Source: Octopus vulgaris (taxonomy: Eukaryota). From it: a DNA stretch of 64,000 nt. The translations under genes were made by a program, and so were the position numbers. Shown in pieces: positions 27,700 to 39,620 of the stretch (its first letter is position 1; each line of letters starts with the position of its first letter). The notes under the pieces were generated by a model, which ran no database searches, was not told the DNA's origin, and worked only from the letters and a program-made list of their open reading frames with translations. The stretch is from positions 63,860,001 through 63,924,000 of the forward strand of contig OX597832.1 of the NCBI GenBank assembly GCA_951406725.2, given 5' to 3'.

Positions 27700-30240
27700 T
27701 TAACCGACATAGTAATACAATCATTGATTCTAATCGGAAAAGTAACTGTTTTCCTGTTTCCTCTTATGAAATACGAAGGCGACTGTAATGAAATAAGTGT
27801 ACCACCCCGCACCCCAGTTGTATCACGATTTGGTACCAGGAATGTTAGTTTTGACTGGCGGAGAGCCATAAAAAAACATGGTAAATTCGTCATAAATGTT
27901 TAGCTGACTTTATGGCATAATTAAGGATTATAACAAGGTTATTTTCTCTGGCCTCTATTATGTAATACGGCAGTTTATTCTGAGATTGCACTGTACACTC
28001 CGCAACAACTTGGATCATGATATGGCTCTAGTGAGGTATATTCTGAGCACTTTATTCCACGGACGACTGCAAAAAAGACCGAGCTGTTTCTTCCAGGAGT
28101 GATCGAAGATCAACTATCATGGAACTGCTTGCCTGTCTCCGCAAGTTAGTCTATCGGATGTGAAGATAAAACAGCTTTGCTTTTGGTGACCCAAGAGCTA
28201 AGTGATTTTCAGCATTTACTTGAGTGATTCCTACAAGAGAAACATTTTAACAAGAAGTAGGTTGTGCATCATTCCTAGGTAGTCTTGCGACGTGTTCGAC
28301 ATCAATGCCTTTGCACAATTGTTAGATAATCGTTGATCCTACTGATTTTTTTGTCCTTCTGAGGTTCTAACAACCTTCCTAATAAGGCTAACCTGGTGAG
28401 TGTGTGTATGTAGGGGAGCCAATTTAGTCACCGGTCACCCGATCATACAACATGGCAGGATTTACCGGACTACATGTTACTAGTAGCACTCGTGATCCAT
28501 CTGGCTTTGAAAAATGAAATCTGAAATCCAATGGACAAATTCCAGTCGAACTCTGTACCAAATATGACCTGGACTTGACAAACGCCATGTTCTAGTTTCA
28601 TCCCCAAATAAGCCTGTGCATGCACCTCTGTTGAGTAGGATCCGTAGGTTCTCTCTTCTCACACTATTGAAAACTTACGTTAAGTTGACGGAAAGTGGTA
28701 CTCGCTGTTCGATAACCTTTTCCTGAATTTGTCGCAAGGAGAAAATTATTCTGATGTTCCTAAATAGACGAAAATTACATTGGCTTTCAGAAAGAGTTTG
28801 CTCGGATATTTATTATGGTCGTATGAGAAATATACGAGAAATAATCATTTTGTTACAATTTTCCCTTTCACAGACAAGAAAGGAATTTCTTGCTCATTTC
28901 AGTCTTTTGGGTCACTTTTCCCCTGTAAATGGTGACTATTCATGTATCATTGAACATTGTAAGACATTACCGTATTGATAAAATTCTCTATTGATTGCAG
29001 AAGTCTTCATCGCCATTCCTTCCCATTCTACTTATTGACTTCATAGCAATGCTGTCAACACCAGGAACTTTCTTAGGTTCTCCAGTCTTCCAGAAACTGT
29101 TTAATACGTCCCAGAACCTGAAAAGAAATTGCTGAGAATCTTTCTAACGAACCAATTGTCATCCATGAACGAGTATGGTGAATTATTTTAAATACCAACG
29201 TAGTTGCGAGTCGACATAAATACCTTTTTACGAGTCGACATAGATACCTTTTTGACTCTTCTACCCATTGGCCGAACGGTACATCGAGGATATGATAGCT
29301 GGAGGGAGAGAGATTTGTACCAGCAATGTAGGATAAAGTGCCTTGCTCCAGAACACAATGTACTATCTGGTCCGGATATTGAACCCACGATATTAGGGTC
29401 GGTTTCATAGTAAAGTAGAATGCTCCCGCCAGCATTTAACACCATTGCTTTTCTCGGTGTATAGATGGAAGTATTTATTCTTCATTGTTATTCTTCTTTT
29501 TTGGACCATATCTTCCCCCAGGCTGGCAACATACAAGTCTTACAAACTGGACATTTCCCTGAGCTTTCTTTCGGTCTTTCAACAGCCACAGTTCCTTTTG
29601 TTGCAAAGTATTCACGTCTATGATTTGCTTTGGTAACTTGCCGTGTACCTCGTCCATGGCATGTTTTTTTTTCAGATAACAGCTGTTGTAACTTCACATC
29701 TTTTTTATCAAACCATTGCGTATGTTTGCCTTTGAAGAAGCCGATTGAAGCAGCAGCTGTTTTCTAGATTGTCACAGCCGACTGCTCTCAACAAGAGAAT
29801 CGGATTGTTTAGTGTCAATTGGTGCAGGGTTGGGTACCGTTTTGAACCTGTTGCTTATCTTCGCTGCAAGCACTCGTTGCATTTAAGGTGCAACGAGTAC
29901 TTGCAGCGCGCATAACCTTTTTTTTCTTTAGTTTTCAGCACTTTGTTGAAATTCTGTCTCCCAGAGAAAATGCCTGCAGCATTTATAGAAATCTAATCAG
30001 TGAAACACTGATTCATAGCACTCTTAAAGCTAATGTCCAAAATAGTCTCTCTGCGAGTAAATAATGTAGTCCATTCGACACAAGTGGCACCAGCTGCAGA
30101 ATCACTTTTCAGGAAGCCAGAAAATGGTGTTTTCCGCGACCAAATTATATTTGGTGTATAGTTTGATTCGGATTTGTGTTGGATTGAAAATTTCATTTTC
30201 CAAAGTCAGGTCATTCAATGGTATTACATGTAGTCCGCAA
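27700..30240 (-). mobile_element. Heavily decayed RTE-like LINE (EN-RT region) with a SINE remnant near 29300-29410
   Basis: Minus-strand remnant KKVPGVDSIA (KAPG.DGI-like) near 29040-29070 and coding-like composition over about 2.5 kb; many stops and frameshifts. Confidence 0.55.
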
Positions 30241-30653
30241 TAAAATGTGTCGTATGGTCGGGTCAGGCAACAGCTACTGAACTCCTTCCACCTATCAGGC
30301 TTGCTTTGTCAGTAAGTTTGTTAGAAACTCGGCAGGGCAACGATTACCTAACAATTGCTCAGGGATGTTGCGGGTGACCGAGGGCACCAAAGGAGCCCAC
30401 GGGAATGGTAGACACCTCCACCTTACACTTTATTTCTTGTTAGAACAGCTTTGTAGGATAGTTTGGTGTAAAAGTCGAGTCATTTAGCTTCTGGGTCACC
30501 GGGTTCTTTCTTAACTCCCTTCTTCCTTTCTTTCTTTCCTCCCTCCTCTCACGCACAGATTTAATCATCCACTCACGTATATATATATGCGTGTGTATGC
30601 ATATGTGTATATGGATGCATAGATGTGTGTGTGTGCATGTATATGTGTATGTA

Positions 30654-30696
<43 letters not shown>

Positions 30697-31321
30697 ATAC
30701 ACACACACATACTATACAAGAATAGATCAATGTAAAATCACAATATTTATACTTGAACTTAAATATGAACATTGTAAGGGAGATAGGCCATAATCGAATA
30801 GTAGAAAAATAAACAAAAAAAGAAGCAGATTGCGAGCATTATTTAATATTTAGAATGCATTTAACTGTTTTTAATGCAGGCTGCGTCTTTGTGAAAATTC
30901 TTTGATTGTTTTTTTATTTTAAATATGGTCATTTTCTTCACCAATTAGCCTCTTGCGCAATATTGTACATACATTTAATAATTATGCCATCACAGTTGTT
31001 GCAAGGATAGTGTAGTTATTCTCTAGCTGAGGAAGTCAAATAATTCCGAAACAAGCTCGATGTTTTCTCCCTTAGCAGCCGAATAATGAACATATTTTTA
31101 TTGTCTAAAGTCTTCTTCTCCTTGGAAGAAATTTTTCAACGGAAAATCTAATCGGTTGTTGTGGAAGCGATCGGAATTAGATTTTGACTCTACTTTTCCC
31201 CCACTGGGAACATACTGGCCACGACGGACACTCGGCGAAAAGCTACCTGAGAGGAGCAGTGCGGGCCGAAACGGTGGTGAACGTACTTCTGCTTCACCTT
31301 TATTAATATTGTTATTGTTCA

Positions 31322-31536
31322 AGGGCAGCGAGCTGGTAGAAACGTTAGTACGCCAGGTAAAATGCTTAGCGGTATTTCATCTGTCTTTACGTTCTGAGAT
31401 CAAATTCCGCCGAGGTCGACTTTGCTTTTCATCCTTTCGGGGTCGATAAATTAAGTACCATTTGCCTACTTGGGTCGATCTAATCGACTGGCCTCCCCCA
31501 CCATCCCCCCAAAATTTTGGGCCTTGAATAGAAAAG
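31322..31536 (+). mobile_element. SINE type A with 15-bp TSD
   Basis: aatattgttattgtt at 31305-31319 and 31537-31551. Confidence 0.85.
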
Positions 31537-32168
31537 AATATTGTTATTGTTTAGCTTCATTTCCCCCATGATTAAACCTATCTTTTATGAAGGACGTTCC
31601 AGCCATGACATGTCACTTTGATTTAAAAAGAATTTTTAAACAATATGTGTAAGATTAAATGATTTAAAATCGTTCTTTTTGTCATTACGGTCCGATGTAA
31701 TTTATTTGAGGGAAATTTAGCAGTTATTTCTAACAAGTTGACGTGTCACATATTTGCTTCTTCGTTGACGAAATGAGGTTATAGCGTTTGAGTCGACGAG
31801 TTTGTATGTATGTGCGTATGTCTGAGTAGGATGTGTGTGTGTGTGTTTATAGTTGGATGTATGTGTGTCTGAGAGTGCTGTTCAAACTGACGAAATGAGG
31901 TACTTGTAAACATTCGCAAGAATCACTTTGTCTTACAGTTATAAGCAACTCTTGTCATATTATAAGGCGAGGGAATCCTCTGACACCTACTTCAAGATCA
32001 TCAGCAGCGTTGTCATCGTCTTCGTTGCTGTCATCGTCATCATCATAATCATCATCATCATCTCTGATGTCGTTGGCGTCATTGCCATCATATCTGAAAT
32101 TATATAAAACAGTTAACAACTGTTCCCTACATTTAATTTCATTCAGTTGGAACGACAACGAGCGATGA

Positions 32169-32255
<87 letters not shown>

Positions 32256-32304
32256 TGTGTGTATGTACACACACAGACACACACACACACAAACACACAT
32301 ACAC

Positions 32305-32339
<35 letters not shown>

Positions 32340-32449
32340 GACACACACAGACACACACAGACAAACACACAGACACACGCACACACAAACATACACACTC
32401 ACGCAAAACTCTTTTTAAAGGTTCATTGCCACTACGTGGTATTTTAGAT

Positions 32450-32515
<66 letters not shown>

Positions 32516-32724
32516 GTATGCCTGTTACACTGCACAGCTTGACAACCGGCGATGGTTTGTTTACATCACCATTACGTACACATCGGCGAAAGAAACTGAT
32601 TTAAGTACCCGACTTAAATTAATTTCTGGGGTGAGGTGGGGAAATGATCAATTTAATTAAATCCCTGTAAGCAGTACCCCAGCATGAACGCAAGTCTAAC
32701 GACTAAAACAAAATATTATATATA

Positions 32725-32985
32725 TAAAGGACCCCACCAATCAGTTATAAGTGACCATGGGATTGCACCTGGATAGTGTCCATCCGAGGCACAAGCACGG
32801 GCAAGGTTATTTCTGGGAGAACCAGCATTCGCCCATGCATATCAGCCGCCTCCTCTCCGCGCCTCGATGTTATTCAAGGGAAAGGCAAAGGGACCGATAC
32901 AACTTGGCACCAGTGACGTCGCAACTCAATTCTACAGCTGAGTGAATTGGAGCAACGTGAAATAAAGTGTCTTGCTCAAGAACTG
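32725..32985 (-). mobile_element. SINE type C body and tail lacking its tRNA head
   Basis: Reverse complement gttcttgagcaagacactttatttcacgttgctcca..cactcagctg matches the 49920-49966 core. Confidence 0.75.
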
Positions 32986-33052
32986 AACACACACACGCAC
33001 ACACATGCACACACACGCACACACACGCACACACACGCCACACACGCACACA

Positions 33053-33125
<73 letters not shown>

Positions 33126-33126
33126 G

Positions 33127-33195
<69 letters not shown>

Positions 33196-33739
33196 ACACA
33201 CACAAAACTTTACACCATTTATTCCAGTCTTGTTTTCTTTTGTCTATGTGCAAATGTCCTTTCAACCTTCCGAATGCAAATACTACAAACGACGGCATTT
33301 TTGATTTTCACTCTTCTGAGACCAATGAAATATATTCTCAATCACGTACAGACGACTATTTTAATTGGTATTTATTGATGTACGTCGACATTTGAAGTGA
33401 AATAAATTATAGCAAAGGGAGATAAATCTAAGTAAGTCAAGGGAGGTAACTCGTACAAAGACTTTAAACTTGAAATTTTATTCAGATACGTACTAAAGAG
33501 AAACTATGAAACTATGAATAGTTTGAATTCATTGCACTTTATGAAGACGCATGAATATCACCAGATCCATACATTTAAAACCTTATGAATAGGACTACAT
33601 CGACGTAGCTGCTCCATAGTCGCGTGATTTGCTTACAATAATATCGCAGCGTCTTAAATAATAGTACCTGTGGTGAACAAATAACGGCAGGAAAATAACG
33701 ACGGAAGATGAGGTCGGGTTCGGGTCTGAGAGTATAAAA

Positions 33740-34345
33740 AAAACGGAAAAGAAAGATATCGATCTATCAGCCTAAAGTGCTTTAGAAGACCAAGGTACGA
33801 GTTACTTTTCCTATTGTTCGAGCCCACACTATCCTGGCGTGCATCCAGAATAGCGTTAAAGTTTCCCAACATAACTAGTGTCTTTGATGTTACAAGGAAA
33901 TTCTCCAGGCATCGATAGAAATCATTCTGTTTGCCTACGATACTAGGCGTGTAAATGCTAATCAACCTGAAAGCTTTATCCCTGAATGTTAGATCCAGAA
34001 CGACCAACTCGCCTTCTTGGTCCACAAGGATCGTACATATCTGTAGAGCCAAGCTTTATCAGAGCAAAACTACGCCTCCCTGCCCTCCGGTCTGGCTAGG
34101 AGACGTAATTTTTTCCATAGCCGTTTAAAAGAGTCGAGAAGTCCTGCAGCTTGTCCAACTTGGTCTCAGTAGTCACCATCACATCTATTGTATGGGACCT
34201 GGGGTCGTTGAGGAAACCAGCTTGCTTCCACTTTGAGTTCAGGCCTCGCACACTCAAAATTATGCTGAGTGCAGCCGTGTCGAATGATTTTATTTCTTCC
34301 CCGTGGAAGAGTAGCGTGGCCAAAACCCATGCGACCTCCACTTCA
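33740..34345 (-). pseudogene. Tx1/L1-like apurinic endonuclease (APE) fragment
   Basis: LSVRGLNSKWKQ..VMVTTETKL, GELVVLDL..FRLISIYTPS..LVMLGNFNAILD correspond to the (N)VRGL, QET, IYAP and GDFN motifs; frameshifted. Confidence 0.8.
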
Positions 34346-34424
34346 GTAGAGGTATATCGACGTAGCTGCACCATGGTCGCGTGATTTAGCTTCACATTAC
34401 GTTCCATCATATCCCGTCACATGT

Positions 34425-34678
34425 GACGGAATGTGAATGGAATGTGAATGGAGTGCCAATGGAATGTGAATGTGAATGAAATGCGATTGGAATGTAAATG
34501 GAATGTGAATGAAATGGAATGTAATGGAATGCAAATGGAATGTAAATAGAACGAGAATGGAATGTGAATAGGACGTGAATGGAATGCAAATGGAATGTCA
34601 ATGGAATGTGAACGGAATGCGGATGTAAAGCGATGGAATGCAATGTAGTGTGATACAATGTCATGTGATGGAATGGAT
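34425..34678. repeat. Degenerate GGAAT(GT)GAAT satellite-like array
   Basis: Repeated ggaatgtgaat / ggaatgcaaat units. Confidence 0.9.
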
Positions 34679-34825
34679 ACCCTGAATATATTTCACGCAT
34701 CTGCTTCACTTTGCATCCTCTTTGTCCTCCTTGTTAAAATCATTCTTTGAAATGGCAATTTTATTCTAAATGTTTGAAAAATAGAAGAGAATAAATAAAG
34801 TGTGACAAATGTCAAACAACCTAAA

Positions 34826-35928
34826 CTGAACGATTTGCAGTCATCTTCATAAATATTTCCCAGGTGTTCTGGGCACACCAGACCAAGGGACCATTAAACC
34901 ACCGACACAAGCAAATAAGGCAGCTGCTACGTGGTCAGCTGTATAGTTAGAAATAGCAGTCTAATCTCCCTCAGATCATATCCTACTGTCATAATGAGAG
35001 AGAGAGAGAGGAAACGGAACTCTAAAAGGGAAGCAGACATCTCGGACGTTATCTTATGTTAGGTAAGACCAATGATGGTAAGAAAAGATAGAAGAGAAAG
35101 CAGTTGATGACATGGTTGTTAAGGAGTTGTTTACCATTGATGTGTTGGATATTAGGAGCAGAATGTTCGAGAATTATATTCCATTCTTGGTGGTAACCGG
35201 AGTATTGTACAGTTGCTCCACGTAGAGAATCAATGAAGGAGCCAGCAAACCCACCGACTATGATGACTGGCCACTGGACTGGACTCCCGTGGAGCTTCCG
35301 TTGGTTGATGGTCAACAATAGTGTTAAATAGTAAGTAACACCGATAATCAAACCACAAAGAGCACTGCAGAGTAAACCGACAAAGGATACGGAACCACTG
35401 GTCCCTATGGGAACTTTTCTTGATGTTGTGTTAAGTCGTGAACTTACTAACTGGCTAGAACCGATGACAATGCCAAATTCCGAGGCAAATATGTCTCCAC
35501 AGGAACATGCCAGTGCACTCAACACAGCTGTTGACATCCATGATGCCTGGTAGTGGTTAACAAAATCCACTGGAAATTATTTCATGCCAATATCTATGAG
35601 ACACATCAGGCTGATTTCGCTGACCACTCCGTCATTGCATACAACCTGCACCCAGTTGCGCTGGCTGCCCTCTTTGAAGTTTTCCTCAAAGGACCTTTTT
35701 TACTGCTGCGGAATTTTGTGCTAGAGGATGCTGTGAAGAAGAAGAAGTAGCAGTATCTTTTTATGACAGTAGGATGTGATCTGAGGGAGTTTAGACTGCT
35801 ATTTCTAACTACACAGCTGACCACGTAGCAGCTGCTTTATTTGCTTGTGTCGGTGGTTTAATGGTCCATTGGTCTGTTGTAGCCAGAACACGTGGGAAAT
35901 ATTTGTGAAGATGACTGCAATCGTTCAG
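34826..35928. repeat. Inner inverted repeat pair (34826-34994 and 35761-35928)
   Basis: ctgaacgatttgcagtcatcttca...tcctactgtcataa versus ttatgacagtagga...tgaagatgactgcaatcgttcag, highly similar by eye. Confidence 0.9.
35049..35752 (-). pseudogene. TMEM19: Intronless TMEM19 (DUF92) pseudogene fragment, C-terminal two-thirds
   Basis: FKEGSQRNWVQVVCN..VDF..Y.ASWM..VLSALACSCGDIFASE..KVPIGTSGSVSFVGL..QWPVI..FIDSL.GATVQYSG..HINGK.LLNN matches TMEM19 hallmarks (EGGQRNWVQV, GDTWASE, KVPVGTNGG, DSxLGATxQY); frameshift near 35695 and in-frame TAA at 35577-35579. Confidence 0.9.
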
Positions 35929-36538
35929 GAACCCAACAGACAGGGCACTAAAAGTCTCAAGAAGTATTCAGGGATTTCCGGTGGAAGGCAACACTGGTTA
36001 AAAGCACTGTTGAAATAGTAGAAGCTATACCTCGCCAGGGAGTCACAGCTTCATCGCCTCAATCTTGAAAGATGATTCCGTAGAAAACTTTGAAGACCCA
36101 ACAACAAAATCCGAAAATATCAGCAACACCGGCGAAGACAATATACAAGATCAAAAACTGTCCCTCCGAGTCGGAAGTCTCATAGTCTCTCTTTAATACG
36201 TATCTAAAGAAAAGTTGAAATTTCAATGCTTTTTAAGAGTTACCTCCCGTGATATACTTAGAGTTATCTCCCTTAGCTGTAATTTATTTTATTTCAAAGG
36301 TCGACAAATATCAATAAATACCACTTAAAATAGTCATCTGTACGTGATTGAGAATATATTTCATTGGTCCCAGAAGAGTGAAAATCAAAAATGCCGCCGT
36401 TTGTAGTTTTTGCATTCAGAAGGTTGAAAGGACAATTACACAAACACGTAGACAAAAGAAAACAAGACTGGAATAAGTGGTGTAAAGTTTTGTGTGTGTG
36501 TGAGAGTGTGTGTGTGTGTGTGAGAGTGTGTGTATGTG

Positions 36539-36579
<41 letters not shown>

Positions 36580-36590
36580 GTGTGTGTGAA

Positions 36591-36678
36591 GGTGCATGGC
36601 TCAGTGGTTAGAGCGTTGTGCTCATAATTATGAGGTAACCAGTTCGATTCCCGGACCAGGTTGGTGTGTGTTGTGTTC
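36591..36678 (+). mobile_element. Isolated tRNA-derived SINE head (type C)
   Basis: A box tggctcagtggttag and B box agttcgattccc; no tRNA acceptor stem closure; truncated at gtgttgtgttc. Confidence 0.7.
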
Positions 36679-37062
36679 AAGAATTTTACTTCCTCTTCCT
36701 CTCCTCCTCTCTTTCAAATCTCCCTCCTTGGAATGTTTAAAATCCTTCCTCCACTTCCCCCTCTCCCGAATGTTGAAAAATCCTTCCCCCCTTCTTCCCC
36801 TTCCCTTCAAAAATACCCCTCACTGGAATGTTCAAGAATTCTTTTTCCTCTTACTCTCTTTCCTCCCCTTCCTCCTCTCAAATCCTCAGCCATGTACTAA
36901 AGTCGATGCTACTTTTTCCCCTCGTTACGTTACACAAAAGAATAACGCATTGCGAAGCTAGTAAGGGAAATAACTTTTGTGGCTTAGGGGAGATAATTCT
37001 TACATGCCGTTGTCATTCTCGTTTATTTTGTCTATAGAAGTGCCATAAATGGCAAAAATACT

Positions 37063-37179
37063 CCACGTGCGTTTGTTTATGTTTTTCGACAAGATCGTTG
37101 CTTTCCGTAAAATATTTTTTTTTTATATGTGGCATGGGGGAGGAGGAAGGGGATCTTTTGAAGTTGGCGTAAAAGCGAA

Positions 37180-37211
<32 letters not shown>

Positions 37212-37680
37212 CGAGAGAGAGAGCGAGAGCGAGAGAGAGAGCGATTAGATCAGGGAAGTTATCTTTTGATGTCGGCGTGAAGCGAAGGGATGTATGTGTG
37301 TGTATGTGTGTGTGTGAGGGAGGGAGAGAGATAACTGAAATTTTTTAATTCACTTTTTGTAGTGAGTGATTAGGATTAGAGTGATTAGTGATTAGGGTTT
37401 GTAGTGAGTGATTGATTGGGAGAGGTTTATGTATGTATGTATGTATGTATGTATGTATGTATGTATGTATGTATGTATGTATGTATGTATGTATGTGTGA
37501 TTGGCTTCAGTGACACACACGCACGCACGCATACACAAAAGCATACATAGTACACCTATTGCATACTTGTTTTTTGTACGCATACATATTCATGTGCGTG
37601 TGCATTATTTACTGTTCTTAGTGAGTGAATGTGTGAGTGATTGACAAAGAAAAAGAGAGAGGTTTTTATGTATGTATGTA

Positions 37681-37720
<40 letters not shown>

Positions 37721-37858
37721 TATATGTATATGTATGCATGAATGTATATGTATGTTTGTGTATGTATGTATATGTATCTATACGTATGTATGTATTTGCA
37801 TGAATATGTATATATATGCATGTATGTATATATTTATGCATGTATATATATAGGTATG

Positions 37859-37898
<40 letters not shown>

Positions 37899-37978
37899 AT
37901 ATAGATATATATGTACGTATATGTATATATATATATATATGTATATGTATATATATGTATATGTATATATAAGTATGC

Positions 37979-38022
<44 letters not shown>

Positions 38023-38241
38023 GTATGCATATATATATATATATATATATGTGTATATATGTATGTATATCTATATATATGCATGTACGTATATGTATAT
38101 GTATACATATGTATATGTATGTATATATATATATGTATGTATATATATATGTATATGTATGTATATATATATATACACATACATGTATATGTCTCTTTCG
38201 CTTTTACGCCGACTTCAAAAGATCCCCTTCCTTCCCCACCA

Positions 38242-38301
<60 letters not shown>

Positions 38302-38380
38302 CGTGCGTGTGTGTTTGTATGTATATAAAATCTTACGGAAAGCGACGATCTTCTTCAGAAACATAAATAGATGCACGTGG
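37063..38380. mobile_element. Foldback element with ~120-bp TIRs and a microsatellite-filled interior
   Basis: ccacgtgcgtttgtttatg..aagatcgttgctttccgtaa..ggggatcttttgaagttggcgtaaaagcgaaagag (37063-37184) is mirrored at 38192-38243 and 38327-38380, with a TA/TG tract interrupting the right arm. Confidence 0.75.
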
Positions 38381-38394
38381 TTTGAGAAGTGACA

Positions 38395-39620
38395 TACACT
38401 GTGCGAAAATAGAAATATCACCCCCCTCTCATTTTGTCTCAGTTGTTAACATTTAACACAATGACAAACATTTCATAATGATTGCTGTGCACGCTAAAAT
38501 TGACAGTTTGAATAAAAGGAAAAGAAAACGCAACACCAACTCCGAAAATAAAACTATTTTAAAGAATCAAAAGATATAAACTAGATTATGGTTGCGCGAT
38601 AACAGTTTATCCAAAGTAGCTACCTCAGTTTCCACCAGGGCCTCAAAACGGCTCTGGACCCTGCTGCTCATGTTCCTCAGTCTGTCTCTGGGAATATCTT
38701 CGAACACCTCCTTGATCTTGGCCACAAGCTCAGCCTTGATGTTACAGATAGTGCGATGTCTTTCTAGTCCTCGCCCGAACAGAGACATCCATGGCATTAC
38801 AGTCGGGGAAATTAGGAGGTCAGAATCTGGGGCTTGTTCCGGAAGTATGGCAAGGACCCCAATCCTGCTATCATACATATGGCTTTCCAGTAGCATTCCA
38901 GCGTCTGACCACGGTAATGCAACTTTACAAAGTCGTCTGAATTTAGCCTAAGGCACTGTCCGAAGATATGAGGCGGCGTAACATCAACCTCACCAAAGAC
39001 ATCACATTTGAGGAAACTTGGTTTTCATGAGAACTTAGTTTTCAGCCTTTGTCAAAAAGCATTGAGTCATGATGTCAGCATTTTGACACTTTTGTCCAAT
39101 ATTGTTTTCTACTCTAGGCACAAGGCCAGAATTTTTTTTTTTGGGTGGGGGCAGTCGATTAGATCAATCTTAATTTACCGACCTCGAAACGATGAAAGGC
39201 AAAGTCGACCTCGGCGGAATTTGAACTCAGAATGTAAAGACAGACGAAATACCTATTTCTTTACTACCCACAAGGGGCTAAACACAGAGGACAAACAAGG
39301 ACAGACAAAGGGATTAAGTCGATTATATCGACCCCAGTGCGTAACTGGTACTTATTTAATCGATCCCGAAAGGATGAAAGGCAAAGTTGATCTCGGCGGA
39401 ATTTGAACTCAGAACGCAGCGGCAGGCGAAATACCGCTAAGCATTTTGCCAGCTCGCCGCCTTCTGCCCAATATTCAGATGGTCCTCTATGACAGCTGAC
39501 TTTTTCTCAAATACAACTTTAATGTCTACGCTCTCCAACGTTGTTGACTGTTCACAAATATATCAATCTGTTAATGAAAAATAGAAACATAAATAGATCG
39601 ACAAATTTAGCCAGAATGCC
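38395..39620 (-). mobile_element. Decayed Tc1/mariner-superfamily (maT/DD37D-like) transposase remnant
   Basis: Minus-strand remnants LMKTKFP, PYV..QDWGPCHTS, PPNFPDCNAMD and LVAKIKEVF..SRFEALVE; interrupted by a SINE; D-D spacing cannot be counted because of deletions. Confidence 0.7.
39104..39464 (-). mobile_element. Dimeric SINE type A with 11-bp TSD
   Basis: tgtccaatatt (39093-39103) and tgcccaatatt (39465-39475); two cores in tandem. Confidence 0.8.

Larger units (their letters stand above)
33203..36492. mobile_element. 3.3-kb composite element bounded by ~310-bp inverted repeats (33203-33513 and 36176-36492)
   Basis: caaaactttacaccatttattccagtcttgttttc...gagaaactatgaaact is reverse-complemented at agtctcatagtctc...gaaaacaagactggaataagtggtgtaaagttttg; flanked by (CA)n on the left and (TG)n on the right. 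Confidence 0.8.

Noticed and set aside
35049-35570. 173-aa ORF as a functional TMEM19 gene
   Set aside because: An upstream in-frame stop and a frameshift, a missing N-terminus and substitutions in conserved motifs (GDTWASE to GDIFASE, LGAT to RGAT) indicate a pseudogene.
36591-36665. tRNA-like sequence with A and B boxes
   Set aside because: No acceptor stem closure and it continues into SINE sequence; treated as a SINE head, as is 49842-49910.
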